DNA of 64,000 nt, taken from NCBI GenBank assembly GCA_023415475.1, contig JAEZKL010000130.1:27529-91528 (forward strand), written 5' to 3'. This document shows positions 26,670 through 36,741 of this stretch, in pieces. The number at the start of each line of letters is the position of its first letter. Position 1 is the first letter of the stretch. The DNA comes from Bacillota bacterium. Its GTDB lineage: Bacteria; Bacillota; Clostridia; Lachnospirales; Lachnospiraceae. The position numbers were made by a program, and so were the translations under genes. The notes under the pieces were generated by a model, which saw only the letters and a program-made list of their open reading frames with translations, had not been told where the DNA came from and ran no database searches.

Positions 26670-26697
26670 ATTATAACATTAATTGTCAAAAATACAA
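26670..26697 (-). promoter_or_regulatory. Candidate promoter driving riboswitch 1
   Basis: The minus strand reads TTGTAT, a 16-nt spacer, then TGT-TATAAT. It lies about 35 nt upstream of the aptamer. Confidence 0.4.
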
Positions 26698-26836
26698 TAT
26701 ACTTACCCGGTCATGCCAATAATTTTCCAAATACGAGGGGTTCTTGGTAATTCCTGGGTATCCCATTATCACAATACACATGTCTTCCTCACGAAGACAT
26801 ATAACGAAATACTGTTCGTCTGACAAAGAATTTTAG

Positions 26837-26865
26837 TTGCAAAAACTGGATTTTTGATTTATGAT
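26837..26865 (+). promoter_or_regulatory. Candidate sigma-A promoter for tdh-kbl
   Basis: TTGCAA, a 17-nt spacer, then TATGAT, about 75 nt upstream of the tdh ATG. Confidence 0.35.
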
Positions 26866-26940
26866 TATAGTAAAGGATCAATCACTTTGGATACTTAGCC
26901 TATGAATGAATCAATACTAATTATGTAAAGGAGACTGCTT

Positions 26941-28002
26941 ATGAGCGAGAATGATACCAAGACAATGTGGGCTCTGGTAAAGGAAAAAGCAGAACCCGGA
27001 TTATGGATGAAGCGTGTTCCTGTTCCATCAACCGGTAAAAACGAAGTAAAAATTAAGATTCACAAGACCTCCATCTGTGGAACCGATGTACACATCTATA
27101 ACTGGGATGAATGGTCCAGGAAGACCATACCTGTTCCGATGACCATCGGACATGAATTCGTCGGCGAGATTATAGAAGTAGGAGATAATGTAGAAGGCTA
27201 TGAGATCGGAGAACTGGTCTCCGGTGAAGGACATATCGTCTGCGGTAAGTGCCGTAATTGTCTGGCGGGACATCGTCACCTTTGCAAGGATACCCAGGGT
27301 GTAGGTGTTAACCGTAATGGTGCTTTTGCCGAATACCTTGTGATCCCCAGCACGAATGTCTGGCGCTGCGATCCTTCCATCCGTGAAGAGCTCTTCTCCT
27401 GCTTCGATCCGCTGGGTAATGCAGTTCATACTGCCCTGTCCTTTGATATGGTCGGGGAAGATGTGCTGATAACGGGCGCAGGACCGATCGGTGCAATGGC
27501 CGCAGCTGTCTGCCGCCACGTAGGTGCAAGACATGTTGTAATAACCGATGTCAATGAGTATCGCCTGGAGCTCGCCAAAAAACTGGGCGCAAACTGCATC
27601 ATCAATGTATCCAAGGAAAAGGTATCCGATGTAATGAAAACACTCGGTATGCGGGAAGGCTTTGATGTCGGTCTCGAGATGTCAGGTAGTCCGGCCGGGT
27701 TCAATGATATGGTTAACAATATGAAGCACGGCGGAAAGATTGCTCTCCTTGGATTACAAAAAGAAGGCACCATAATCGACTGGAATAAAGTGATATTTAA
27801 CGGACTAACCATTAAAGGTATCTATGGCAGAGAAATGTATGAGACCTGGTATAAGATGTCGACCATGCTGCAAAGTGGATTAAATATAGATGATATAATA
27901 ACACACCGCTTTGACGTTAAGGATTATGAGAAAGGCTTTGAAGTAATGAGATCCGGTTATTCCGGTAAAGTAATTTTAGATTGGAATCATATCAACGATT
28001 AA
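26941..28002 (+). CDS. tdh: L-threonine 3-dehydrogenase
   Basis: 353 aa. It is a Zn-dependent MDR enzyme ([38 protein letters not shown]) and is followed by kbl. Confidence 0.92.
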   Translation: MSENDTKTMWALVKEKAEPGLWMKRVPVPSTGKNEVKIKIHKTSICGTDVHIYNWDEWSRKTIPVPMTIGHEFVGEIIEVGDNVEGYEIGELVSGEGHIVCGKCRNCLAGHRHLCKDTQGVGVNRNGAFAEYLVIPSTNVWRCDPSIREELFSCFDPLGNAVHTALSFDMVGEDVLITGAGPIGAMAAAVCRHVGARHVVITDVNEYRLELAKKLGANCIINVSKEKVSDVMKTLGMREGFDVGLEMSGSPAGFNDMVNNMKHGGKIALLGLQKEGTIIDWNKVIFNGLTIKGIYGREMYETWYKMSTMLQSGLNIDDIITHRFDVKDYEKGFEVMRSGYSGKVILDWNHIND

Positions 28003-28035
28003 CAGGGCGATAGAAAAGTATGCTGTAAGAAAGGA

Positions 28036-29244
28036 TTGGATCAAGCAATGGAACGGAAAGACGATATTTTGAACCTTTATGTAACGGAGCTTCAAGCGAT
28101 TAAGGAAGCCGGTCTGTTCAAAGGAGAAAGCCCCATTACCTCAGCTCAGGGTTCTAAGGTGACCTTGGCAGACGGGCGAACTGTGATCAACATGTGTGCA
28201 AATAATTATTTGGGACTTGCAAATAACCCCCGAATTATTGAGGCTGCGAAGAATTCCTATGACGAGCGGGGTTATGGACTTTCCTCCGTTCGCTTTATCT
28301 GCGGAACTCAGGACATTCACAAGGATTTAGAGAAGACGATCAGCCGCTTTCTTGGCACTGAGGATACCATATTATATTCCTCCTGCTTTGATGCAAACGG
28401 TGGCTTATTCGAGACTATTCTTACCGAAGCAGATGCCATAATCAGTGATGAATTAAATCATGCCAGCATTATAGACGGAGTACGTCTGTGCAAGGCGAAA
28501 CGGTACCGTTATAAGAATAATAATATGGAAGACCTACGCGCTCAGCTTCAGGCTGCGGATGCTGCAGGTGCCAGAATTAAGTTGATCGCTACCGACGGCG
28601 TTTTCTCTATGGATGGAATTATCGCAGACTTAAAAAGTATCTGTGATCTCGCCGATGAATTCCATGCCCTTGTAATGGTGGATGACAGTCATGCGGTAGG
28701 CTTCGTAGGAAAGACCGGTCGCGGAAGCGCCGAATACTGCGGAGTTACAGGCCGTGTCGATATTATTACCGGCACTCTTGGTAAAGCTCTGGGCGGAGCT
28801 TCCGGTGGGTATACCAGCGGCAGAAAAGAGATTATTGATCTGCTTCGTCAAAGAAGTCGTCCTTATCTCTTCTCCAATACCTTAGCTCCTTCCATTGTCA
28901 GTGCCAGCCTTGAAGTATTTGCCATGCTGGATAGTGACACCTCGTTACGGGACCGGCTGGAGGCTACCACTACCTATTATCGAGGACTCTTAACAGAGGC
29001 CGGTTTCGATATCGTAAAGGGTGTCCATCCCATCGTACCGATTATGCTGTATGATGAAAAGGCTGCCGTTGAAATGGCAAGGCGTATGATGGAAAAGGGA
29101 GTTTATGTGGTTGCCTTCTCCTATCCTGTTGTACCCAAGGGAAAAGCCCGCATCAGGACTCAGGTATCGGCTGCTCATACCACAGAAGAGATCGATTATA
29201 TTGTTAAATGCTTTAAAGAGGTTAAGGAAGCGATGAATATTTAG
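28036..29244 (+). CDS. kbl: Glycine C-acetyltransferase (2-amino-3-ketobutyrate CoA ligase)
   Basis: 402 aa. It shows the PLP-dependent alpha-oxoamine synthase pattern ([43 protein letters not shown]). Confidence 0.92.
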   Translation: MDQAMERKDDILNLYVTELQAIKEAGLFKGESPITSAQGSKVTLADGRTVINMCANNYLGLANNPRIIEAAKNSYDERGYGLSSVRFICGTQDIHKDLEKTISRFLGTEDTILYSSCFDANGGLFETILTEADAIISDELNHASIIDGVRLCKAKRYRYKNNNMEDLRAQLQAADAAGARIKLIATDGVFSMDGIIADLKSICDLADEFHALVMVDDSHAVGFVGKTGRGSAEYCGVTGRVDIITGTLGKALGGASGGYTSGRKEIIDLLRQRSRPYLFSNTLAPSIVSASLEVFAMLDSDTSLRDRLEATTTYYRGLLTEAGFDIVKGVHPIVPIMLYDEKAAVEMARRMMEKGVYVVAFSYPVVPKGKARIRTQVSAAHTTEEIDYIVKCFKEVKEAMNI

Positions 29245-29293
29245 TACACCTATTCTATCTCGGCTTTACGACAAGCATTATATGAAATCTGAT

Positions 29294-29348
29294 AAAAAAC
29301 ACTATGATTTCTCATTAAAAAACACCATGAGAAATCATAGTGTTTTTT
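29294..29348. terminator. Strong bidirectional terminator after kbl
   Basis: The sequence is AAAAAACACUAUGAUUUCUCAU, an 11-nt loop, then AUGAGAAAUCAUAGUGUUUUUU (22-bp stem including the A/U tracts). Confidence 0.8.
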
Positions 29349-29382
29349 CACATTATAAAACCTCATAGAAACCTCATATTTT

Positions 29383-29631
29383 ATGAGTGCATCAGCGTCT
29401 ATAAAGCTTTGCGACGATGCCATAAAGACAGTATCAGCAATCCGCTCCAAGCTTGGTGCTGCTCAAAACCGCTTAGAACACACTATAGCGAACCTGGATA
29501 ATACCGCTGAGAATCTGCAAAGTTCTGAAAGCATAATTCGCGATACTGATATCGCTAAGGCAATGGTCGAATATGTGAAAGCAAGTATCTTAGAACAGAT
29601 TGGGCAGGCAATGCTATCTCAAACAAATAAG
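29383..29631 (+). pseudogene. Flagellin C-terminal domain remnant
   Basis: The translation is DDAIKTVSAIRSKLGAAQNRLEHTIANLDNTAENLQSSESIIRDTDIAKAMVEYVKASILEQIGQAMLSQTNK, which covers the conserved flagellin C-terminal helices. The N-terminal domain, the variable domain and the last approximately 10 residues are absent. Confidence 0.75.
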
Positions 29632-29674
29632 GTAAGGATAACAGCATTCCATAATGCATATTATCCTTACCTTA
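29620..29674 (-). terminator. Hairpin terminator after MCP 29715-31706
   Basis: The minus strand reads UAAGGUAAGGAUAA, loop, UUAUCCUUACCUUA, followed by UUUGUUUG. Confidence 0.55.
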
Positions 29675-29714
29675 GCTATTTATTGATATTCTACGACTGG
29701 CTCTTTCTCTCTTC

Positions 29715-31706
29715 TTACATCTTAAACTTTGATATGGATTTTTGCATGTCTTCTGCTAATCCGGACAGGCTCTCACTGGAGTTTGCAATCTCATTCATGG
29801 ATGAGGTTTGCTCTTCAATCGACGCGGTAGCCTCCTGCGTACCTGCTGCATTCTCCTCAGAGATAGCAGACAGATTCTGAATAATACCTACGATTTCATC
29901 CTTTTTGTTACCCATTTCCTTGCTTTGCTGATTCAGATAGTGAATTAATTTCTTTAGGTTTTCAATTGCTGCTGCGATACCCTCGAATTTCGTATTGGTA
30001 AAGTCAACACTGCTAGTCTGCTCTTTGAGGTTCTCACCGACCTCTGACATTGCTTGTACTGCATATTGACTCTTTCCGGTCAGCTCCTCAATATCCTTTA
30101 TGATCTCTCCGGCAAAACGATTGGTCTGCTCTGCCAGCTTTCTTATTTCATCGGCCACTACTGCAAAGCCCTTTCCCTGCTCTCCGGCTCTTGCCGCCTC
30201 AATTGCTGCATTCAAGGCTAACAGATTCGTCTGACTGGCGATATTTAATATCATCTGGCTGGCATTATCAATCTTATTTGCACTTTCGTTTGTTTCCAGG
30301 ATGACATTACGTATCTCTGTCGCTGTCTTATTCGTGATATCAGTCTTCTGTATCAAGACAGTAAGAACATCAAGGCCTTCGCTCTTTTGTCTCTCCACTT
30401 CATCGGCCAGTCCGTTCAATTCTACAATAAGCTTCTGATCCTTCTCAATCAAGTCACCTAAGAGTTCGATTTCACCAGCACCCTTTTCGGTATCACTCGC
30501 CTGATCAGCAGCTCCCATAGCAATATCCTGTACTGCACTGGCTACTTCGTTTGCACTTTCTGCCGCTTGCTGAGTTGTTGCAGTAAGCTCCTCTGAGGCT
30601 GCCGCTATATGCTCAGCCGATTGAGCGATACTCTCAATCAAAGTTCTTAAGTTATCCTGAAGGACCAGGGTTGCATTAGCCATGATCCCTATTTCATCCG
30701 CTCGATTGAGGTACTTATTTGCTTTGTCATTATTCTCAGTAGTCATATCATATTGGGACATGCTGTTTAATAAATCAACCACATGGGTGATGGGCTTCGA
30801 TATTGATCTGCCAAGAAGAAAAGCAATCACTACACCGGCAGCAATGAATATCACCGAGAACACAACTAATAATAAAGTCATTTTATTGATCTCACTGGTA
30901 ATCTGATTCTTAGGCGCCTTCAGGGCTAATACCCAGTCTGTATTCGGTATCATGGTAAGAGATGCTACGAACTCTACACCCCTCAGGTTGTAGCGTATAT
31001 TTCCTTCCTTTCTAACCCTGAATCCATCGAATTTGATACCAAAGTCTTTAAACTCTCCATTTTCCTCAATATCTTTAATTACATTTCTTTGCTCCATTAC
31101 GATCGTTTTATCATCGTGAGCATAAAATGTTCCGTCATTTCCAAGAATGAAGGCACTACCCTCTTCTCCGAAGGTCATACTATAGATGATTTCATTTAAA
31201 GCTGAACCATCTCTTCGTCCAATGAGTGCACCAATAATCTCATCGCCTGATTTAATTGGTGATGCATACATAATAACGGTACTATTGGTTACTTTACTGA
31301 CCAATACATCAGAAAAGCATGCTTGACCCAATAACGCTTTTTGTATATATTCTCGCTCGCTCAGATCCGCTTCCTCTCCACCGATTGCATACCTTGCAAT
31401 ACCTTCCGGGTTAACCACAGCCATATCAAGATATCCCAGTTCTTCGGCTTCTTTCGCCAGGATTTCCAACTGCTCCTCCAATGGCAGACCGCTAATTCGA
31501 TTAGCAACCTGCCTCAATACCTCGGTTCGCAGCTGCAAACGGGCGTTTACATAATTCGCTCCCTGGATCGAGGCTTCCTTCAGTCCGTCTTCCACTTCAT
31601 GAAAAGCCGTATTATGGCCTAATACAATTGATATTGTACCTAAACCACCAGTAACTAATAAAACAAGTACTCCGACAAATAGCGCAATTCTATTTGACAA
31701 TTTCAT
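29715..31706 (-). CDS. Methyl-accepting chemotaxis protein (Cache-type extracellular sensor, HAMP, MCP signalling domain)
   Basis: 663 aa. Two TM helices flank a sensor domain of about 260 aa. The signalling hairpin is [34 protein letters not shown]. Confidence 0.9.
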   Translation of the reverse strand: MKLSNRIALFVGVLVLLVTGGLGTISIVLGHNTAFHEVEDGLKEASIQGANYVNARLQLRTEVLRQVANRISGLPLEEQLEILAKEAEELGYLDMAVVNPEGIARYAIGGEEADLSEREYIQKALLGQACFSDVLVSKVTNSTVIMYASPIKSGDEIIGALIGRRDGSALNEIIYSMTFGEEGSAFILGNDGTFYAHDDKTIVMEQRNVIKDIEENGEFKDFGIKFDGFRVRKEGNIRYNLRGVEFVASLTMIPNTDWVLALKAPKNQITSEINKMTLLLVVFSVIFIAAGVVIAFLLGRSISKPITHVVDLLNSMSQYDMTTENNDKANKYLNRADEIGIMANATLVLQDNLRTLIESIAQSAEHIAAASEELTATTQQAAESANEVASAVQDIAMGAADQASDTEKGAGEIELLGDLIEKDQKLIVELNGLADEVERQKSEGLDVLTVLIQKTDITNKTATEIRNVILETNESANKIDNASQMILNIASQTNLLALNAAIEAARAGEQGKGFAVVADEIRKLAEQTNRFAGEIIKDIEELTGKSQYAVQAMSEVGENLKEQTSSVDFTNTKFEGIAAAIENLKKLIHYLNQQSKEMGNKKDEIVGIIQNLSAISEENAAGTQEATASIEEQTSSMNEIANSSESLSGLAEDMQKSISKFKM

Positions 31707-31885
31707 ATCCGTTTTCTCCTTTTTTTAATATGTATCACATTGCTCTAAACTTTTTGCTATGAATAATAACATAAAACGCATGATGTAATAAACAGGTGAG
31801 GTATCGCAAAGATGTTATGCTAAGATGTTGTACAAAATCAAGATTCGTATTTGGGGAATTAACTACTGAAGGCTGTTTTGATCAC

Positions 31886-31917
31886 AAAAAAAGAGCTGTG
31901 GTATACTTACCCACAGC
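31886..31917 (-). terminator. Intrinsic terminator forming the expression platform of riboswitch 2
   Basis: The minus strand reads GCUGUGG, loop GUAAGUAUA, CCACAGC, then UCUUUUUUU. It directly abuts the 3' strand of the aptamer closing helix. Confidence 0.7.
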
Positions 31918-32026
31918 AATAGACAGAAACCGTATTTCCGCTTTTCTTGCCTTGGCAACTGGACGATCATAGTTAACACCTTAGATTCACAGCTTTGCGT
32001 CCTTACTTTTCAGTAAGTTTGCTATT
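31918..32026 (-). promoter_or_regulatory. c-di-GMP-I (GEMM-I) riboswitch in the leader of MCP 29715-31706
   Basis: The minus-strand RNA is AAUAGCAAACUUACUGAAAAGUAAGGACGCAAAGCUGUGAAUCU...CCAGUUGCC...CUAUU. It has the same GCAAAC, hairpin and GGACGCAAAGC core as copy 1. The closing helix is AAUAG/CUAUU. Confidence 0.8.
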
Positions 32027-32042
32027 ATCAACAACATTTAGC

Positions 32043-32071
32043 ATTATATTATAAATTTCTGGCAGAATCAA
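32043..32071 (-). promoter_or_regulatory. Sigma-A promoter driving riboswitch 2
   Basis: The minus strand reads TTGATT, a 17-nt spacer, then TATAAT. It lies about 17 nt upstream of the aptamer. Confidence 0.5.
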
Positions 32072-32245
32072 GTAAATATTTGAAAATTTTTTTAGTTTGT
32101 TTCAACCTCTCATTACCAATATAAATCCCGGTCAAACAGCCCCCATTTAGTTAATTTTTGTTGTTTCAGGTACCGTTCTATGCTATACTCGTCCTATTCG
32201 CCAGAAGCATTACAAGCTTGCAAAAAGTACAGGGAGGGTCAGATT

Positions 32246-32932
32246 TTGAAATATACTAACGTGAGAAAGGCTACCTTTCTTCAGCGGCCGAATCGTTTTA
32301 TCGCTCATGTCCTCGTGGATGGCAAGGAAGAAATCGCCCATGTTAAGAATACAGGACGCTGCAGAGAAATCCTACAGGAGGGTACAGAGGTTATCATAGA
32401 GGAAGCTTCTAATAAAGAACGTAAGACAAAGTATTCTCTAATTGCAGCTTACAAGGGATATGTTTTAATTAATATAGATTCCCAAATTCCGAATTCAGTA
32501 GTTTTTGAAGGTATAAAAGACAACCTCATTAAGGAGCTTCCTACGGTAACGAAGCTCGCCAGAGAGGTTGTCTATGGTAATTCCCGATTTGATCTATACT
32601 TTGAAGCAGGGGATCAAAAAGGGTTTATAGAAGTCAAAGGAGTAACTCTTGAAGCAGACGGTGTAGCGATGTTTCCTGACGCTCCCACACAACGGGGTAC
32701 GAAGCATATCTATGAGATGATAAAGGCCGTTGAGGAAGGCTATTCCGGTTATATCTTCTTCCTGATTCAGATGAAGGGTGTCAACTATTTCACACCGAAC
32801 AGAATAAGAGATCCCGAATTAGCAGAGGCACTATCCATCGCTAAGGAAAAAGGAGTATCGGTTCTAGCATATGACTCTGTAGTGACGAAGGACGGTATCA
32901 TTCTTGGTGCACCGGTTAGAATACAATTATAA
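32246..32932 (+). CDS. sfsA: DNA/RNA nuclease SfsA (sugar fermentation stimulation protein homolog)
   Basis: The ORF starts at 32180. The probable start is TTG at 32246, 8 nt after AGGGAGG, giving an N-terminus KYTNVRKATFLQRPNRFIAHV that is typical of SfsA. PDAPTQRGTKH is also present. Confidence 0.85.
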   Translation: MKYTNVRKATFLQRPNRFIAHVLVDGKEEIAHVKNTGRCREILQEGTEVIIEEASNKERKTKYSLIAAYKGYVLINIDSQIPNSVVFEGIKDNLIKELPTVTKLAREVVYGNSRFDLYFEAGDQKGFIEVKGVTLEADGVAMFPDAPTQRGTKHIYEMIKAVEEGYSGYIFFLIQMKGVNYFTPNRIRDPELAEALSIAKEKGVSVLAYDSVVTKDGIILGAPVRIQL

Positions 32933-32935
32933 GGG

Positions 32936-33844
32936 CTATTGAAATCTGGTCCAAATGACGGAAGAATCAATATTCTTCAGATCCGGTGAACAGGTCCTTG
33001 CCATAGCTCCGGCCAGCTCCTCTGTGATCTCCTGAAGCCTCTTTTGTACTCCGGCAGCTCCTTCTGCGTTCAGATGAGTCATCAGCTCACGCCCTACCGA
33101 GACTGCAGTCGCTCCCAGTGCTAGTGCCTTAAAGACATCCATTCCGTTTGAAACTCCGCAATCTACAAAAATAGGAATACTGTTATTCACAAGCTTAGCA
33201 ATCTTCGGTAATATCATCAGTGGTGGGATTGCATAGCTTTGTATTCCATGATGATGTGAGATAACCATACCTTTCACCCCTGCCTCAAGGCATTTATCGG
33301 CATCGCGTTCACTCAGAACTCCTTTAATAATAAACGGCAGCTTCGTAGCCTTTACAAAATCTTTCATCTCATCCAGTGTCTTCCCTGTCATCGGAAGACC
33401 CAATACCGTATCATATTGACCTCTGCTATTGAAGGCATGATCGATATCCATTCCTACTGCAATGCATCCACATTGCTCTGCATGCTCCAGTTTACGATAG
33501 ATATTCTTATTATCTGCATGGGGTTTGATAATTTTTATCGTCTTCGCCCCAGTCGCTGTAATTGCCTCCAGTTCAGACTCTTCTCCCATTCCGGTCCACA
33601 TCACCGCATTTGCTGCAGCTGCTCCCCTTGCCATCTCCGACATACCACCGGGATGACAACTATTCAGATGAGATAGCGCCGCCGTCATCACCGGAGTAGC
33701 AAAGGTTTCACCATATAATTCAAGAGTTGTGGTCGGGATTACGGAATCTATATGGCGCATTTCAATCAACAGCGAATCAAAATACTCGCGGGTAATCTGA
33801 TTGGCATCTGCCGGATTCATATTTTGAGATATATTCTGCCTCAT
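32936..33844 (-). CDS. FMN-dependent alpha-hydroxy-acid oxidising/dehydrogenase family protein
   Basis: 302 aa. The TIM-barrel FMN_dh pattern includes PFIIKGVLSERDADKCLEAGVKGMVISHHHG and IPIFVDCGVSNGMDVFKALALGATAVSVGR. Confidence 0.75.
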   Translation of the reverse strand: MRQNISQNMNPADANQITREYFDSLLIEMRHIDSVIPTTTLELYGETFATPVMTAALSHLNSCHPGGMSEMARGAAAANAVMWTGMGEESELEAITATGAKTIKIIKPHADNKNIYRKLEHAEQCGCIAVGMDIDHAFNSRGQYDTVLGLPMTGKTLDEMKDFVKATKLPFIIKGVLSERDADKCLEAGVKGMVISHHHGIQSYAIPPLMILPKIAKLVNNSIPIFVDCGVSNGMDVFKALALGATAVSVGRELMTHLNAEGAAGVQKRLQEITEELAGAMARTCSPDLKNIDSSVIWTRFQ

Positions 33845-33982
33845 AAGGTCCTCCTGTTAGTTCACTTTTCTAATCCATAGTTTACCTCAAACCAATCCGG
33901 GTATCCAATGGGTTATATTATATTTCTCATGGTCATTCTATTCCCTTTAATGACTAGATTACTGCATCATTCTTGAACGTTC

Positions 33983-35110
33983 TTATTGTTTTAGGAAATA
34001 ATTCTGAAGATCCTCAAAATAGGTTGCCAGAACTTCCCGGTTCAAACTGTAGAACACCTTATTTGCATTGACCTCAGCCTTTAACAAGCCTTCCTTTAAT
34101 AATGAATTCACATGATAAGAGATCGTAGCCGTTGACAGCTGTAATTCATTGGCCAACTCTTTCCCATAGAAAGGCTTCTGACCTGCCAGCTCCAGGATAT
34201 CTACTTTGCTCTTATCACTTAACAGCTTGCCGATATTAACAATATCTTCTTTCTTGATACTCTTGCCGGTAAGGATGAAATTCTCATTCATCATAATTCC
34301 GATTCGAAGGACTTCCTGCTTGGAGGAATCCTCTGCATCCATGGACAAGGCTACGCAGAAAGGCTGAAATATGTGAGGAACAAGGATTGTACCAGCAGAA
34401 CGTCTTTCCCAAGAGATATTCAGCTTCTCTTTAATGGTTTCGATAATATCGTTCTCTTTCTGAAAATCACTCCAATATTCATAAAAGTCCTCCTCAAGCT
34501 TACGAATGGAAGGCTGATGTCTACTGACAATCAGTTCAATCGTCTCTGCTAGTAAGCTGTGAACTTCATTATAAAAGACTTCCTGATGATTAAATATCTT
34601 TATAATCTCCCATTTCACTTCATTTTCGAAGGAGGAACTCTCGAGAAAAGCAATAAGATCAGTAAGATTACTTAACTTCTCCTTTGATGTATTGAGATAT
34701 TCCTCCGCATCGATTAAGCCTGCATAGCTCTGAACCTTTTTTTCCTCCCCCATGGCTCCGAGGGCCTGTGCATAAGGTACAAGCTGTTTATTATAATCAT
34801 GGAAATTCCAGAGGATCGATAAAGCTGCGTAGGTCATGAATTCGACATTCCGCTCTTTAAAAAGATATTCGATACGTTCTTTTCTGTCTGAAAAGTGCGA
34901 TTTCACATCAGCATAAATGGAATGAATGATGTGGTATCTCTCGTTATACTCCTCGATATTATTCTGATGTAAATCAGCATATCTATCAAAGGTTTCCTTC
35001 ATGTCATCCTTATTGATATAATAATATAGGAGCACAAAGGCTTCATCTACCAGATTAGCTCGCTGTAATATCTTCAACTTCTTCTCCACTTGTATTATCC
35101 TCCACTTCAT
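33983..35110 (-). CDS. Transcriptional regulator with a C-terminal ArsR-type winged helix
   Basis: 375 aa. The C-terminus is FYGKELANELQLSTATISYHVNSLLKEGLLK. The 5' end overlaps the MFS gene by 56 nt, so the start is uncertain. Confidence 0.65.
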   Translation of the reverse strand: MKWRIIQVEKKLKILQRANLVDEAFVLLYYYINKDDMKETFDRYADLHQNNIEEYNERYHIIHSIYADVKSHFSDRKERIEYLFKERNVEFMTYAALSILWNFHDYNKQLVPYAQALGAMGEEKKVQSYAGLIDAEEYLNTSKEKLSNLTDLIAFLESSSFENEVKWEIIKIFNHQEVFYNEVHSLLAETIELIVSRHQPSIRKLEEDFYEYWSDFQKENDIIETIKEKLNISWERRSAGTILVPHIFQPFCVALSMDAEDSSKQEVLRIGIMMNENFILTGKSIKKEDIVNIGKLLSDKSKVDILELAGQKPFYGKELANELQLSTATISYHVNSLLKEGLLKAEVNANKVFYSLNREVLATYFEDLQNYFLKQ

Positions 35111-36365
35111 CCCGATTCATAGCAACAAACCGTTTCTTCCTGCATAGTACGGCGCTTACTATGATATCAATTATACCTGCTATTAAGAATAATACTACAG
35201 TTGGGGTGAAACCTGCAAGTATACTTACCAGAAAAGATACAACCGGTATTGCCGCCACACAACAGGCACTGAATATCGCAGATATCCGTGCGATATATTC
35301 TCCTTGAATATTTCTAATAAATTCAACATTACAGAAGGTTGAAAGTAAGGCTACGGCTGCTCCTACGACGAAGGAGGTTATTGATACCAGGATATATATC
35401 AGTATCTCGGAGGTAATAAAACTTCCTGTAATTACAAATGTAAGATAATAAACTCCGATGGAATATGCACTAAAGGATGCTATCTCTCGTTTACTCAGTT
35501 TATTGCTGATATAAGGATAGCTGGCTGCACCGACAATCATTCCGATGCTTATTGCAAATCCCAGAACCGATAGCATTATCTCATTTACCTTAAGTACCTC
35601 ACTGATCAAGGGAGCCTGCAAACTGTTAAGCGGAACCAGCACGGCGTTTAGGAATACCGCCAGTAGTACAAAATACCGCAGATTGGAATCGTTCTTCAGA
35701 TAGGTGAAGCCTCCCTTTAAGCTGTGAAGGTATTCCTTGGTATTAATCCTTCCTCTTGCCAATTTCTCTTCCTTCACTCTTAACGTCATAATAATGATTG
35801 CTGACAGGAAAAAGGTCGCCATATCAATATAGATTGCTGTTGACAACGAAAACATTGAGATGATCACACCTGCCGCACCCAGACCAACCAGCTCCATCAC
35901 ACTACAGGCACTGGAGCTTAAGGAAAGTCCAAAAGAGTAATACTTTTTATCCAGGAGCTTCGGCAATAACGAGGATGAAGCAGGCCCTCTGAAGGCTTCT
36001 GCACTTGAGATGATTATCGTTGCCGCGAGCAACAGCCATTGATTTAAGAAGCCGAATAAAAATCCGGTCGCAATAAAGCCAACACAGAGACCTCGAATGA
36101 TATCGGTTACTATCATGATATGTTTTTTATTCTTTCCCTCAATTGCCGCTCCGGCAAAGGGTTGCAAAAAAATCGTAGGTATTCGGTTCACCCCAAAAAT
36201 AATTGCCGACCAGGCTGCACTCTGCGTAAGCTGATATACCAGCCAGGTCAGAGCTATACTGTCAATCGAATCTCCAAAACGATTGATCACAGCTGCTATG
36301 ATTGTTTTCATATACTCCTTCTGTCTTAGTATCTGTCTGTATCCTACCTTTTTTTCCTCTTCCAT
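35055..36365 (-). CDS. MFS transporter
   Basis: 436 aa with about 12 TM helices and the N-terminal MFS motif region INRFGDSIDSIALTWLVY. Confidence 0.85.
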   Translation of the reverse strand: MEEEKKVGYRQILRQKEYMKTIIAAVINRFGDSIDSIALTWLVYQLTQSAAWSAIIFGVNRIPTIFLQPFAGAAIEGKNKKHIMIVTDIIRGLCVGFIATGFLFGFLNQWLLLAATIIISSAEAFRGPASSSLLPKLLDKKYYSFGLSLSSSACSVMELVGLGAAGVIISMFSLSTAIYIDMATFFLSAIIIMTLRVKEEKLARGRINTKEYLHSLKGGFTYLKNDSNLRYFVLLAVFLNAVLVPLNSLQAPLISEVLKVNEIMLSVLGFAISIGMIVGAASYPYISNKLSKREIASFSAYSIGVYYLTFVITGSFITSEILIYILVSITSFVVGAAVALLSTFCNVEFIRNIQGEYIARISAIFSACCVAAIPVVSFLVSILAGFTPTVVLFLIAGIIDIIVSAVLCRKKRFVAMNRDEVEDNTSGEEVEDITAS

Positions 36366-36412
36366 AATAATCCCCTTTCAATGTTAAGAATAAGTTCTTT
36401 CCATATATTTCT

Positions 36413-36432
36413 TGTTAGATACAAATCTAACA
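36413..36432. promoter_or_regulatory. Palindromic candidate operator upstream of the MFS/ArsR-like operon
   Basis: The site is TGTTAGAT-ACAA-ATCTAACA (perfect 8-4-8). A related half-palindrome (TGTTAGATAATCTTCTAATA) is at 36459-36478 and ATCTAACA is at 36493-36500. Confidence 0.45.
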
Positions 36433-36561
36433 TATTGTTCTATATTTGTCAATTATTTTGTTAGATAATCTTCTAATATAATGTACAAACTCATCTAACA
36501 TTATATATTTCTCCCATTAGCTACCCCTGTAACTACCGATCTCCTTCCCATTACGCTATAG

Positions 36562-36607
36562 AAAATGCACCTGCGACATTAGTTATTTCTCTAATGTCGC
36601 AGGTGCA
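36562..36607 (-). terminator. Terminator after the InlB B-repeat protein gene
   Basis: A 17-bp stem (UGCACCUGCGACAUUAG/CUAAUGUCGCAGGUGCA) is followed on the minus strand by UUUUCUAU. Confidence 0.65.
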
Positions 36608-36741
36608 TATAATAATACTATTTCAGATATCAACCTGTTTTCGGTGTCGAACGATTTAAAAACTTCATTATAATCGAAGTGATAATGTTAGAATGAATCT
36701 GTATTCAACAGAGCCTGTACTGAGCGAAAGCTCCACATAAG

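Noticed and set aside
27028-27812. Three minus-strand ORFs (168, 73 and 128 aa) inside tdh
   Set aside because: They are antisense shadows of a high-confidence, strongly conserved gene.
29250-29450. A 66-aa minus-strand ORF after kbl
   Set aside because: It spans the strong bidirectional terminator hairpin and the flagellin stub, so it is not plausible as a gene.
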